This document shows, piece after piece, positions 13,301-26,295 of a stretch of DNA of 64,000 nt. Every line of letters begins with the position of its first letter. Position 1 is the stretch's first letter. The DNA is from the human T2T-CHM13v2.0 reference genome, Homo sapiens: the NCBI RefSeq assembly GCF_009914755.1, contig NC_060930.1. The stretch is one strand, 5' to 3'. A model generated the notes under the pieces. It did no database searches, was not told the DNA's origin, and saw nothing but the letters and a program-made list of their open reading frames with translations. A program made the translations under genes and the position numbers.

Positions 13301-13506
13301 TTTCATGGCTGGTAGATCGTGGCATCCCTTTCTGCCAAGATTGGACCTAACTTGACAAACATGGGGTCAGTGAGCCCCGTTGACACCTCTTTGCTCTAGA
13401 TGAAACAATGAAGGCTCAAAGAGGTCACGTGACCTTCTGAGGAAGTCCCTTCTCAATCTTCAATGTCCAAGTTCATTGCTAATTTTACTATGCCATGCTG
13501 TCCTCC

Positions 13507-13871
13507 TGATATGGTTTGGATTTGTGTCACTGCCCAAATCTCATGTTGAATTAGAGGAAGGGCCTACTAGGAGGTGATTGGATCATGAGGATGGATTTCC
13601 CCCTTTCTGTTCTCCTGACAGTGAGTGAATTCTCATGAGATATGATGGTTTAAAAGTGTGTGGCACTTCCCCCTTTGCTCTGTCTCCTGCCACCACGTGA
13701 AAAAGGTGCTTGCTTCCTTTTCACCTTCTGCCATGATTGCAAGTTACCTGAGGCCTTCCTGTCATGCTTCCTGTTAAGCCTGTGGAACTGTGAGTCAATT
13801 AAATATTTTTTCTTCATAAATTACCAAGTCTCAGGTAGTTCCTGATAGCAGTGTGAGAACAGGCTAATACA
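13507..13871 (+). mobile_element. MSTA-like solo LTR
   Basis: tgatatggtttggatttgtgtc...gtgtgagaacaggctaataca; TSD cctcc/cctgc. Confidence 0.9.
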
Positions 13872-14981
13872 CCTGCCAAGTTTTAGCATCTCAAACTGAG
13901 ATACCAAAGCATAAGAGGCAGGTGTCAACTATTTTTTTAAATTAAGCTCTTGGGAGTTGGATAGCGCCCCCCACCCCCGCCAATTAAAATTCATTTTTCA
14001 CTTTCCTCCATAAAAATGCTTACTTTTGTAATTAATCAGAGAGGAAGAAACCACCAGAAGCCTTCATTTGCTTGGCCTTTCTGGTTGGCCAGCTGTTCTT
14101 TGGACATTTGTGTGTTAAACTCCTGGAGGCAGAGTCTTCTTTTCCAAGCTCTCCTGTCTAGGTGCTGACTGCCTGCACTTTTGCTGCCCCATGGTCGTGT
14201 TGACTTGAGTTTCCAGAGGGGAGCTGATGTGGGGTATGTCCAGCCTATTCTGGACAAGAGGATGCAACACACTATTACACAAGTTGCCCACACACCAATT
14301 AGGCAAATAGTCTACTTTTGCAGGAATTAGACATTTCTTACATTGAGGAAAAGTTGTCCTGGCTGAGGCCTCCTGGTTTGCTCCAGTGGGAATCAAATTA
14401 TTGGTTTGTAAGAGAACATTTCTGCAATTATCCCTGAAAGAGCACCATCTACCATCTTGTGGGCTACATTTTTTTTTCCCACTTGACTGTCTCTGTAGTT
14501 TTATTTGTTTTTAGTTTAGATTTTTTTTTAAACACAGCTTATTACCACTTTTTAAATCTGCATGAAAGTGGAAAATGGTTTTTCCTTATAAAAGACTGTG
14601 AGTATCAGGGTAACCTCTACTCTGCCTTCAAACAGGACTGAGATTACTGGCCACTCCCACTGCTGACCACTTTTGAAGTGCTTAGTGAGTTACGCCTGTG
14701 AACCTGTTAGCACCACGCTCCACGAGGGTCAAACATTTTCAAATGATCATAATGTGGTTGCTAAAGACACAGCCTCTGTGAGACTTGAAATGTCACAATT
14801 GTTTAAACAGTCCTGAGAAAATGACCCTGAAATCACATCCACCTGGGCGAAGCCCATTTCCCCTCCACTTGAAAGCACCACGGTACACACACACACACAC
14901 CTCCAACATATACAGATGTTATCAGAACTCCAGAAAGCACCAAAACACTGCACTGCACACCACTTCATTTAATTAAAAAAC

Positions 14982-15280
14982 CACTAGTTCTCAACCTCGG
15001 CTGCACATTACAATCCCCTGGGGAGCATGGCTACCTTTTGAACATTCTGATGTCCAGGACTGACAACCCAGAGGTTGTGATTTAATTGTTTTGGATAGGG
15101 CATGGTGACCAACGGTCCCTATATGCCCAGGACTGAGAAGTTTCCAGGATGTAGGACTTTCGGTGCTAAAACACAGAAGATTCCAGGAATCTGGGACTAG
15201 CTAGTCACCCTGGTGGAGACAGGCTGTTTTTGTAAATGTCCCTGGCGATTCTATTCTGCAGTGAGGGTTGAGAACCATTG
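14982..15280. mobile_element. MER5-family hAT-Charlie MITE with a nested MER81
   Basis: TIR-like ends tagttctcaacc / ggttgagaaccattg; ggctgcacattacaatcccctggggag. Confidence 0.75.
15101..15212. mobile_element. MER81-like hAT-Blackjack MITE
   Basis: catggtgaccaacggtccc...ggactttcggtgctaaaac...gtcaccctg with inverted ends. Confidence 0.8.
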
Positions 15281-15834
15281 GGCTAAACTTTCTCAACTTT
15301 AACCCACATGCTGAGGACAAGTAACTTAAAACTTGAGAAAATATTGTTCTTTTGTAGAGGATTTCTTTTTTCATACTACTACTAATAAAGAGACCCTCTG
15401 TAAATGAGTCCTGGCCAACTGGTGCCTTGCCTTCCCTTCAAGGGCCCCAAAAGAGTCACTGTTCCTGGGAGCAGCTTGCTATTTCCTCCCCTCACTGGGC
15501 AGAAATCCACACAATGAGCCCCTCTGTTAAAGTAAGGAGGGAATATGGAGTTGATTATTTTATAATTAAAGAAGACTCTGGGGGAGATGTTTTGCTCAGG
15601 AGCCCAGCATTCCAAACTGGGTCACTGTGAGCTGGAGCTGTCATCAGCCCTAACCAGCAGGAAATACCAAGCAGAGCAGATATTCTTTCTTTACTTTTCA
15701 GTTGACTTTCACGTGACTTGTTTACATCCAGCAAGGCTTGTAATAATGCCTTGTTTATATCCATCATCTTCCTCCTGAGTTGCCAAGCTGGGAATGGAAG
15801 AAGAGCATGTATACCTGGGAAACTTCTAGACATA

Positions 15835-16202
15835 CTGTGGCTCTCAACCCTGGTATCATATTAAATCAGCTGGGAAGCTTTTAAGAATCCAGATGCTCAG
15901 GCCCAACCCCCATTCAATTAGGTCAGGATCTCTGGGGGTGGGAACCAGGAAATGCTTTCTGAAATCTCCCCCGGGGCATTATAATATATAGCCAGGGCTG
16001 AGAATCACTGCTTTAGAGTACTGATTCTCAAGGTGTGGACTCGGAACTAGCTGCATCAGCATCACCTGGCAACTTGTTAGAAATGCACATTCTCAGGGCC
16101 CATCCTGGACCTACTGAATCAGAGACTGTGAGGATAGTCCCCGGCAATTGATTTTAACAAGTCTTAGGTAATTCTCAGGCATGATAAAATTGAGAACCAG
16201 TC
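15835..16202. mobile_element. Two adjacent MER5-family MITEs (~15835-16010 and ~16019-16202)
   Basis: ctctcaaccctgg...gctgagaatcactg, then tgattctcaagg...atcagcatcacctgg...ttgagaaccag. Confidence 0.8.
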
Positions 16203-17020
16203 TGGATGACAAGGCTGTAATATTATTTTTTTTAATCTGCTGGGATACTTCCACTGTGAGCTGTTGCCTCTTATTTTCTTATCTGCAGCAAAACCCAAAT
16301 TTCTCTTTTGATGACTGTCAGAAATAACATGGTTATTCCTGGCTCACCTGGGATGAAAAAACACAGATGACACACCTGGGTCTCTATGCTTATTTCTGGT
16401 CTGGGAACCAACAAAGCAATCTTATGAATAGCCATATGAAGCAGTGGAGGCAAATTATTTGGTTTCCTCTAATTAAGTCATCTGCTTTAGCATTGTCTTA
16501 CAGGGTACAACTTTCTAGTCTTCTGCTGTCTCTTCATCTATCAAGCTTAGAGCTGCCAGAAAAAAAAAAAATGTGGCCCAAACAGGTTTAATTAGAGAGA
16601 TACTGAGTTAAAGTTCCTGAGGAAAATCTATGATACCATAGGTTGGGGTGTTTATTGTGTAGAATTGGGGGTAGAGAACCTAAATTTACTCTAATTAAGC
16701 AGGGTTTGTGTCAACACTGGAGGATGGGAAGCCAGGCAGAGAGAAGAGGGTGATCAGCAGCAATCTGAGCCAAGAGAAGTGAAAGCAAAGATGACATGTT
16801 CTCCCATCTGGAGAGTTACTTAAATTTGAGCATCTAAAATCTTTTGACCCAAGAGTTACTGAGAGACACAAATGAGTATTTTTGTATTAGGGAAGCTCAA
16901 AGATTGTCATCTCCTGTCCTTTCCTTCAATATACAGGACCAAATCACAGGAAAAGACAGCTGACTTTGTACATGTCTTTATAAGTCTCTTACAATTTGGG
17001 GATCCAAAATGTTATTTTTT

Positions 17021-17257
17021 AATTTTTTTTTGAAGCAGAGTCTTGCTCTGTTACTCAGGCTGGAGTGCTTCAGCCTCCTGAGTAGCTGGGACTACAGGTG
17101 CACACCACCACACCCAGCTAATTTTTGTGTTTTTTTTGTAGAGACAGATTTTCACCATGTTGCCCAGACCAGTCTTGAACTACTCGCCTCAAGTGCTCTG
17201 CCTGCCTCAGCCTCCCAAAGTGCTGGGATTACAGGCATGAGCCACCATGCCCAGGCC
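17021..17257 (-). mobile_element. Alu (J/S) with an internal deletion of ~60 bp
   Basis: Junction ggctggagtgc|ttcagcctcc; 17-bp TSD ccaaaatgttatttttt. Confidence 0.9.
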
Positions 17258-17329
17258 CCAAAATGTTATTTTTTCAAAGTAAAAATCAAAGAATATTAGG
17301 TGGTGAACTAACCTGTATTCAGTTGCGCA

Positions 17330-17500
17330 TATAATATATTTTAATCCTTATGGCAACACTATGAGGTAAGTATCATTGGCTTGATTTTACAAATTAGAAC
17401 ACCGAGGATCAGAGACACTAAGCAAATAACTTATCTGTTAAATGACAGAGCTAAGATTCTAATCCAGGTTCGTCCAAACCTGAGGCCTTTCTTTGCTTCC
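17330..17500 (-). mobile_element. MIR fragment
   Basis: tttaatccttatggcaacactatgaggtaagtat...gattttacaaat...ctaatccagg. Confidence 0.7.
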
Positions 17501-17612
17501 TTGGTCCAAAAAATATTAACTGGAGCTTAGACTTGTGTAGCCAGCTGGCAGTTCTACATCCAACCACGACACAAATAGATTAGTCCAGAACTTCACCCAT
17601 ACAAGGAGACAC

Positions 17613-18072
17613 TGTTGGGGCAATTCTCTATGGTGCTTCTACGTATCTTGTGATAGATTCTATCCCAGACTATCTTTCCAAGGATGTTTATAGAGCAAAG
17701 AGCCACAGAAGATATAAGTCTCTCCAGGGAAGAGGACAGATTGGTTTTCTGACTATGATAAAATGGATAACATATCTCTCTGGGACAAAGGTTGGGTAAG
17801 TTTACTACGGCCTCCCCCTTATAAGTTTGAGGACTTCTGCTTGAGTTTTCTCAGACCCACTATGTGTACAACACCCATCCACCTGGGCCTGCCTCCGCAT
17901 TGCCCTCACGGGACTTAAGAGGCAAGGGAAACCACTGTGGCCATGAGTGATAAAGTCCTTTATCTCTAACCTAGGAGTCTCATGTCTTCTGCCAGCATCA
18001 ATGAAACTGTGGCAGGCTCACTTGTTAGCTTGCAAACAGGGTAAAATCTCAGACCCTTCACAGTCCTTGATA
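17613..18072 (+). mobile_element. LTR47-like solo LTR
   Basis: tgttggggcaattctctatgg...gtaaaatctcagacccttcacagtccttgata; TSD gacac/gacat. Confidence 0.8.
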
Positions 18073-18516
18073 GACATGGATTCCTCCTCCTTAGTGTATG
18101 TAGCAGCACATGGAATTCCTTCAGACTTCCTTGGTTCTGAGTGAGCGCAACTAGCTGACTGGAGTTGGTGTGTTAGAATCGTCCCACTATTCCCTTTCTT
18201 CCTCTGTCCCTTTTGCCGCGATTACTGAACCTGAGCAGTCACTAGAATGGACAGTGGGGATTTAGGAAGACAGTGTTAAGCAGATGTTAACATCAAAAAG
18301 ACCTGAGGCTCATGTGTATACCGAGTTGAAACCCCACTGTCATTGAATGAGGTTGAAAGTGACTTTAGTAGTTTAGGCTACTTTCCACTCAAAGGGGCAA
18401 ACTTAATAGAACCTCTTGTCATTAATCCCTCCATGATGGAAGCTCATACCTAAAAAGGAAAGTGAAATTGACTCAATATTTACAACTCTATGGTGTCTTC
18501 TCTTTGATCTTAGTCC

Positions 18517-19234
18517 TGTTAGCAGCAGCAAATCATACGAGTATGCAGCAACCTCAATTCTTGCCTCTTCAGAAGAAATAATTCAACAAGGGGCATAAGG
18601 CAGAGGGAGAGACGGAGGCAAGTTTGAGAGCAGGAGTGGAAGTTTACTAAAAAGTTTACAGCAGGAACAAAACGAAGTAAAGTACACTTGGAAGAGAGCC
18701 AAGTGGGCGACTTGAGAGATTCAAGTGCATGACGATTTGACCTTTGACTTGGGGTTGTATACACTGGCATGCTTCCAGGGGGTTGCATTACTTCTCTCCT
18801 GATTCTTCCCTTGGGGTGGGCTGTCCGTGTGCCCGGTGGCCTGCCAGCACCTGGGAGGGGCTGCACGTGCAGTGTGTTTATTGAAGCTGTGCTCATGATC
18901 ACTTGAGGTTCTTCCGTTACCAGCAGAGTGTTCCTAGAGGAACACTAGAGGTCATACACCGGGTAAACGCCTCCATTTTGCCTCTTAGTGTGCATGCTTA
19001 AGCCCACTTGCTCAACTCCTGAGATCTTATTGGGAAGCTGCTGATCACCAGTTTCAGGTGTTTTCTGTGTATTGGGAGACTGCCTTTCCCTGACGCTGGC
19101 TGCAACCCATTATTATTTTAGAGAGGCAGTTTAACAAACAACCGCCTGACCATCACCTGATGGTCGCCTGATAATCCTGGTTCAGGGGACCCTCTCCTGC
19201 CCTGCTCAAGTCTGCCTAACTACCTACTGTGACA
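18517..19234 (-). mobile_element. MER50-like ERV1 solo LTR
   Basis: tgttagcagcagcaaatc...aggggcataaggcagagggagagac...ctacctactgtgaca; 4-bp TSD gtcc. Confidence 0.88.
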
Positions 19235-20719
19235 GTCCTGTCTTCTAAATAAACATAGACTAAGGTGGATCTTCAAATACCTTCCATCTACCACCCATTT
19301 TTCCCATCCCCACACCCCCAAGTCTAGGCAAACATTTTCCAATCTATCAACCACTCCTTCTTAACATGAGGAATAGACCCTGTGCCCTTCCAGGCTTTCT
19401 CCTCTGAAGAGGCTCTATTTTGTCCACCTTTTCATCTAAGTCCTTTAAAAAAAAAATCATTTGGTTCTTGAATAGGCAATACCTGCATGCAGTACAGAAT
19501 TCAAAAGATACAAGTGTGTTTCCTTCCCTGTCAAACTCCAGCCACCCACTCCCCTCCTCCAATCACTCTTACTGGTGTCTTATTGTCTTATTCTTCCTCC
19601 TATTCTGTATATAGTCAAGGTTCATTGAATAGGCTGAACATACAGGGCACAACCAGAAAACAGCTTTGGGTTGTTTTTTTCCTCATTACTATCTTTAAAC
19701 TCAGCAGACGGTTTTTGTTTTTTGTTTTTTTCTTTTTTCCAGCATATCAGCCAAAATCTTTTAGGCATTCAAATGCCTGTTTTAGTATGAGATTTAAGTT
19801 TTAGTCTTACACTTGACACAATGCTTCTCTCTCCCCTGCAGCTCAGACTGGACCTTCAGACCAGGCACCAGCAGCAAAGAAGTGGAATGTAGTTTGTTAC
19901 TTCCCTGTGCCTCTATCTCCTCTCCACTATTTCTGATGCCTCCAGGATTAGGGTTGTTAAAGGCGTGATTAGAGGGAAAGGAAGAGTCTTCCTTCATAAA
20001 TACTGTTGTTATTCATCCTTGATGCCCTATGTGGCCATGTGCTAATATATCAATACAGTCTCAAGGCAGAACACAAAATAGGTGCTCAACAAGTGTTAAG
20101 TGAATGAATGAATTTATGAGTAAATGGATGACTGGAACTCAGCAATCGGTGTGTCCCAATTGACAAAAGATTAGAAAACACCAGCGTATACCATTAAAAA
20201 GGACAAAAAAAAATATGTATACACAGCTCTGCTTGATACACCAAGGTCCATGGGGGAGAAGAGATAAACATGTGCATTCAAGTTATCACTCTAAGCCAAC
20301 AATGACCTTTTAGAAAATGTAATATCCAGGACTGTGTTAACATAATACTAGCACAAGGATAGTGGAACTCTGTATTTATATTGCTTATTTTGAATATTAA
20401 GAGTTCTCAGGTAGGTTCTCTCAACTTGCAAACAAGCTGTAGTCATTTTTTAGCCCTAAGCCAGACTTCATATTTATCCTTATGAAATTTTATCTTTTTA
20501 GTTTTGACCCATGGTTCCCCTCTCTTGTGATCTCTTTTTAATACTTATCTATTATTTAAAATATAATTGTGCCTCCAAGAGTTTTCCTCTGAAAATATAG
20601 CAAGATCTTTCATGTGTTTATTAAGTGAACTAATAAAAATATTGGCCAAATACAAAGCCATTGGAAATCCTCCTCTAGTCTGAGACATACTTTTTGACAC
20701 AATAGCATCGTTTACATTC

Positions 20720-20994
20720 AGTATCATTTAGGGTTAAGTTCAGCTGCATGTAACAGAAAATAAATAAATAAATAAGATAAGAGTTTAGTTCTTTCTCACT
20801 TAAAGTAAACCTGCAAACCAGCAGTACACAGCTAGTATAGCAACTGTGACAGGTACTAAGGACCCAAGGGTTTACTTTCTTTCGGCTTCATAACATGATC
20901 TTAAGACCACCCAATGGGTTAAGATAGCTGCTGGAGCTCCAGCCATTACATCCCTAATCTAACCAATAGGAAGGACAAGGATAGAGGCAAAGTG
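20720..20994 (-). mobile_element. Old MLT1 (J/K/L-like) LTR part, continuing after LTR8 and Alu to ~22100
   Basis: ttcagctgcatgtaacagaaaa...aagatagctgctggagctccagccattacatc. Confidence 0.6.
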
Positions 20995-21718
20995 TGTAAC
21001 TACTCAATGGATTCTTCCTGCCTAGTGTACAGATAAAATCAGACCATGGCATTGCAATAAAGAAAGTGTTTAATAGATATGAAGCTGGCCACACCACATG
21101 GGAGACAGAGTTATTACTCAAATCAATCTCTCTGAAAATTTAGGGGCCAGGATTTTTCAAAGGTAGTTTGGGCTAAGGGGTGGGGATGGCTAGGCAATGG
21201 GTGCTTGCTCTGATTGTTTGGGGGTGCAATCACAGGGGTGTGGGAAATGGTCCTCCTATGCACTCAGTCATTCTGGTGGGGCCACAGGAGTGGTTAGTGG
21301 GTCCAGGTGGAGCCAACGATTGTCAGACCTGCAAAAAACCTGAAAAGATATCTTAAAGGGCCAATCTTAGGTTCTACAATAGTGATGTTATCTGCAGGAG
21401 TAATATGGGAAGTTGCATAGCCTGTGACCTCCAGAATAATGGCTGGCATTCATTCATGTCTACACCTTAGCAGAATTCAGGCTCCTCTATCCTCCTACAC
21501 TGGTGGTCTCTCATTAGCTTTACAAAGGCAGTTGAATTTGGGGGAAGGGCTATTATCATTTAAACTGTAAACTAAATGTCCCCCAAAGTTAGTTTGGTCT
21601 AAGCCCAGGAATAACTAAGGGCAGCTTGAAGGCAAAAGGCAAGATGGGGTTGGCTAGGTCAGATCTCCCCGACTGCCATAATTTTCTCACTGTTATAATT
21701 TTTGCAAAGGTGGTTTTA
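20995..21718 (-). mobile_element. LTR8-family ERV1 solo LTR
   Basis: tgtaactactcaatggattcttcctgcc...ttattactcaaatcaatctc...ttataatttttgcaaaggtggtttta. Confidence 0.85.
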
Positions 21719-21719
21719 A

Positions 21720-22025
<306 letters not shown>

Positions 22026-22305
22026 CATGCTGTACATTTTACTTAACTAGAATCTAGTCTATATTTAAGAAGAATGTGAGAAAATTTTTGTTAAATTCCT
22101 TGTGAGTATTATGGTTATAGTAATAACTATCTAATTCTTCTGATATACTAACTTAACACTCTTACCCCAAATCAAATGAGTTAGACAAAATTTATCTGTA
22201 ATAAATCCATGTTTGTGTCTAGTTATCACCATGTTCATTTTTTCCTTTGATTGTTCATAATCCATAGGTTTAAATTCTATTTGAGAATTTGGGGGGACTA
22301 AAATC

Positions 22306-23197
22306 TGTAAAACAAAAATAAAATCCTAAGCCCCCTAACCAATTATGAATCCCCCTATGGGCCAAGGGGATCCCAGAGAAGTCTGAAAACCAAATTCCTG
22401 GCCATGATGGAAAAGGAGGTTGGACACACCTCATCGTACTCCCTCCCTTTAGGAGTTCAGGCAGCACTGACCAGCATTAACATTAAAACAGACATCATAA
22501 GACTGACACAACAGACTCTTCGTGGCAATAAAATTCCAAATTCCAGCCTGACTCTGGTGTAGCATCACATGGCAGACTGAAGGAAATAAAAATATTTTAC
22601 TACCAAATATATTTCTTTGACATATTTTGAAATGGCACTGTGAAGCCATCTTTTGGGGGGAACTGCAGAGAACTGCAGAGAATCTCGCTTAATACGGTTC
22701 AGCCTTTCCCAGGTCTAGAGGAGATTAAGACTCTGACCCCTTTAAGGGTCCAAAAGGAGACATTTACCACCTATTCTCTCTGAAAGCAGTTACCCGGAGG
22801 CTTCACCTACGTAACAAGAACCTTGGTCTCCACAGCTACCCTTAGAACTCAAGCATTCTTTTCTACTGACTTCAAGGCTTTACAAAGCTTAACTCTTAAC
22901 CAAGTGACAATCAGAAAATCTTTGAATCCACTTACAACCTGTCAGCCTCACTTCACCTTCAAAACATCCAGGCTCTTTAGGCTGAACCAATGTACATTTT
23001 TAATGCACTTATTTATGATTTTACTTACAGTTCCTGTATCCCTAAAACATAAAAACCAAACTGTAACCTGACCACTTCAGGCATACTTTCTCAGAACCTG
23101 TTGATACTGTTCTCCATGCCATGGTCACTCATATTCACTCAGAATAAACCTCTAAGTAGTTTACAGAGTTGTTGTTTTTGTTGTTTTCTCACTGACC
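22306..23197 (+). mobile_element. MER4(D)-like ERV1 solo LTR
   Basis: tgtaaaacaaaaataaaatcctaagcccc...gaccagcattaacattaaaacaga...cagaataaacctc. Confidence 0.85.
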
Positions 23198-23329
23198 CAT
23201 CAAAATAAGTAGTTTTCTGAATCCACTTCCTCTTTTGGAAAGTAGTACACACGCTCATCTCTTCTGTGCTGAGCTGATTTCTGAAATAAAATCAAAAGAA
23301 GTTCATCATTACAATTGCAACTTCTCTAG

Positions 23330-23860
23330 TTCCTTGGGTTATAATCTATATCCATTGGGATTCAAACTGAAACACAAATACTAGGTGGAATCAAGAATTC
23401 ATTCTAGGGATTTGACTTCAGGCACTTGCGGACGCTTGTCTTACATCTGGTGTTGGAGTCTGAATTCTGCAGGGCAGCAGGTCAGGGTGGCAAGGCAGAT
23501 GCAGAGCAGGGAAGTGAGGACAGACTGGAGCCATCTTCTGCCTTGTGTTGTCTCTAAGTCTGGCCCCTTTGGCTCAAGGACCTAAACATGTGCTGCCTGG
23601 GTCTGAGAGCTGAAGGAGTGGATCATCTGGCTGCTTCTGCAGGCCCACAACATGAGCCAGCAGACTAGCGGCATGCCTCAGATGCCCTGGTGATCCTCCT
23701 CCCACCTTCAGAGCGGGGAAAGAACAAGGCTGCCACTTCCCTTTTGGCTTCCAACTGTGGTGCAAATGGATCTTTGCTGGGCCCTTGCCGGGAACCATGC
23801 AGGGTAGGGGATTCTGGGAAATGTAGTTCCAGCTGAGCTAAAAGGCCCCACAAAGCTGTC
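23330..23860 (-). mobile_element. Old ERVL LTR fragment (LTR16/LTR33-like)
   Basis: ggggattctgggaaatgtagttcc motif; boundaries approximate. Confidence 0.45.
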
Positions 23861-24636
23861 AATTTGAAGTCTTTAAGGCTGAAATCCTCCTACTATCTTG
23901 TGACCTATTTTTTCTTAATAATGTTCATCTTATCCTTTCTACTTTAAGTTTATTTCCCTTGGTAGAGAAAATAGAAAGTGAATAGATAGAGTAATCCTGC
24001 TTTCTCTCCGTTATTCGCTAGCGTTGTGCTGTATGCACCCAGCAGTGGGCTACTCCCCTCTTGCTCCCTGTGACTCTGATGAGAGCTAAAGTGTCCTGTC
24101 TGTCCTTGGTAGGTCCCATGAGCTCCTGCTCTTCTGAAATGTCCCCTTCTCAAGCTATTGGATCAGATCCATTGTTGTTCTGAATGAAATTCATTGTTTC
24201 CCTTCTTTTGTCTGTGCTAAAATCTAAGAGGGTGTGGGCTCATTGTCTCAAGGCTTATACATTCACACTTCTCTTGCTTTAGAGTCAAAAGTAAGTCTAA
24301 TGTAGGAATTCCCCTTCTTTCTCAACAGTGGGGCACCACACCACCAAGGCCATGTAACAGGACAGACATACCCTTCTGGCTACCTGCTGCCCTTCTGTGA
24401 TCATTTTTCCCTTTGAGACTGCCCTTTATGCAATTAAAAAAAATAATTTGGACAAAACTGTGTATGTGTATGCAAACATGTGTGTGTCTACAGGATATAA
24501 TTTGCCCTGGTAAGGCGGGCCTACCCAGTAGTTTGACTTCACAAACACTGCATCTCCTGGGGGTGGCTTGGAGCAGTCTGTAGGGAGTATGGAGGTGAAG
24601 AGCAGAATTGGCCAAAACCTCTAAAAAGAGAATGAC

Positions 24637-24722
24637 AGAGAGAGAGAGAGAGAGAGAGATGTATTCTTTCCCTCAACAAAGAGTAGAGGCTGACTTTAAC
24701 CCCTGAGAAAGAGAGAGAGAGA

Positions 24723-24765
<43 letters not shown>

Positions 24766-24770
24766 TGTGT
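24637..24770. repeat. (AG)n at 24637-24659 and compound (GA)n(GT)n microsatellite at 24705-24770
   Basis: Read directly from the sequence. Confidence 0.97.
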
Positions 24771-25679
24771 AAGGGCTGCCAACGGCAGGAAAAGCTACAG
24801 AAACAAAAGCCTTCACTGCAGAGTCAAAAAATGAACAGGAAATGGTCATTAACATCCTGCAAATGTTCTGATCTGCTGTAGAGGCCCTGACTCCTAGGTG
24901 ATTAAATGTGAAAGAATTTCAAAAATCAGGCTGTGAAATGAGTCTTTTTAGTTAGGAGAGAAGGAAAGCCCTATTGGGTAATTCTAAACCTTAAGAACTG
25001 AAGGAGAGTCCCCAAATTTCAGCGCCAGCATCCTATTTAATGTAGATCTCCTCTGCTGCTTTCTTCAGACATAATCCCAAATTTCCCCCTAAAAGCACCG
25101 AGTTAGTTACTAAGTATTTTGGTAGCCATTGCCTCCCAAGGGGACAAGGCTCTTCTATGTCCTCTTGGAGCTCTCTGAATTGTCCCTTCTACCCTAAGTC
25201 ACCAGAGTCAGAAGACCCTCGAAAATTTTTGAACTAAAACACAAAACGGAAAACAATAAGAACAAAGGGTATTTTCTCCTCTTTCTTTATTTACTTGTTT
25301 TAATTGGTATTTATATTTACCTATGTGAAACCGTATTGCTCTGACCTTGTCACATGGCATGGATTCATATCTGGAATGAGGTTAAGTCTTCTGGAGCTGT
25401 GCTACATTTTTATTCTTAACCTGAGGAATATGAGAATTCCGACACCCATTGGTGATAAGCCTCCATTTACTTCTAGATTTAACCTAATACCATGCAACAG
25501 TCTTGATCCACAGTGCTTGAGTTAATTGTACTGGACAAGGCAAGTGTGTGTCCAGGTGGTAGACATGTCTATGAGATGGATTAAAGATGCAACAGATACA
25601 AACATCTCTAATTCAGAGGTGCTTTATCTTGTACATGGCGGGAACAGCAACTGCATATCTAGCACATGGTATATACATA

Positions 25680-25870
25680 ATAGCAAACATTTAGCATATT
25701 GTACCACTATTTAATTCTTACAGCAATCCTATAAGAATACATATTGTTACATTAATAATTTCATCTTATAGATGAGAGAACTAGGTTCTGAGATATTAAG
25801 TAATTTCTTTGCCCAAGGTCTGGGCAGTTTTAGAACTGGGATTTTTGACCTGGCCATTACACTTCCTGCT
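25680..25870 (-). mobile_element. MIR fragment
   Basis: tttaattcttacagcaatcctataag...tatagatgagagaactagg...tttgcccaaggtc. Confidence 0.65.
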
Positions 25871-26295
25871 CCTCGGAAAGGTCTGAAGCAGCTCCACTTT
25901 TATAAGTGATGGAATTAGGCTCCAACTCTGGTTAACCTGCAGGAGGTTTCTGAACAGGAACAGTTCACAGCTTGCTCAGCTGCCATACTTTTCTCTGTGG
26001 TCTTTGTTTTTGGCTGTGTTTTGGTTTTCAAGACAATCATGAACCTCACCACAATTGGAAGACATCTCATCTTTGATGAGCTCTGACAGGGCTGATGAGT
26101 TGGTTCCTGGACTCTCCACGGTTGCTGTTGGGCTTTAGGCTAGAACTCTTCTGTACTTTCATCTCTTTGAATACGTTTCAGGCAGCAGTTAAGCGGGTCT
26201 GAAATTACATGTGAAATCAAATTTAAAAACAACTGATTATTTTCTCTTCCTCAGTCTTTCATCTATAAAATATAAATGTGAGTCCCTTTTTTTTT

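Noticed and set aside
19820-19900. Strong splice-acceptor-like ttctctctcccctgcag
   Set aside because: No convincing donor or coding frame follows; such motifs are common by chance.
22661-22682. 10-bp tandem duplication aactgcagag inside the MER4 LTR (similar small duplications near 1843, 8665 and 11195)
   Set aside because: Routine slippage events with no further structure.
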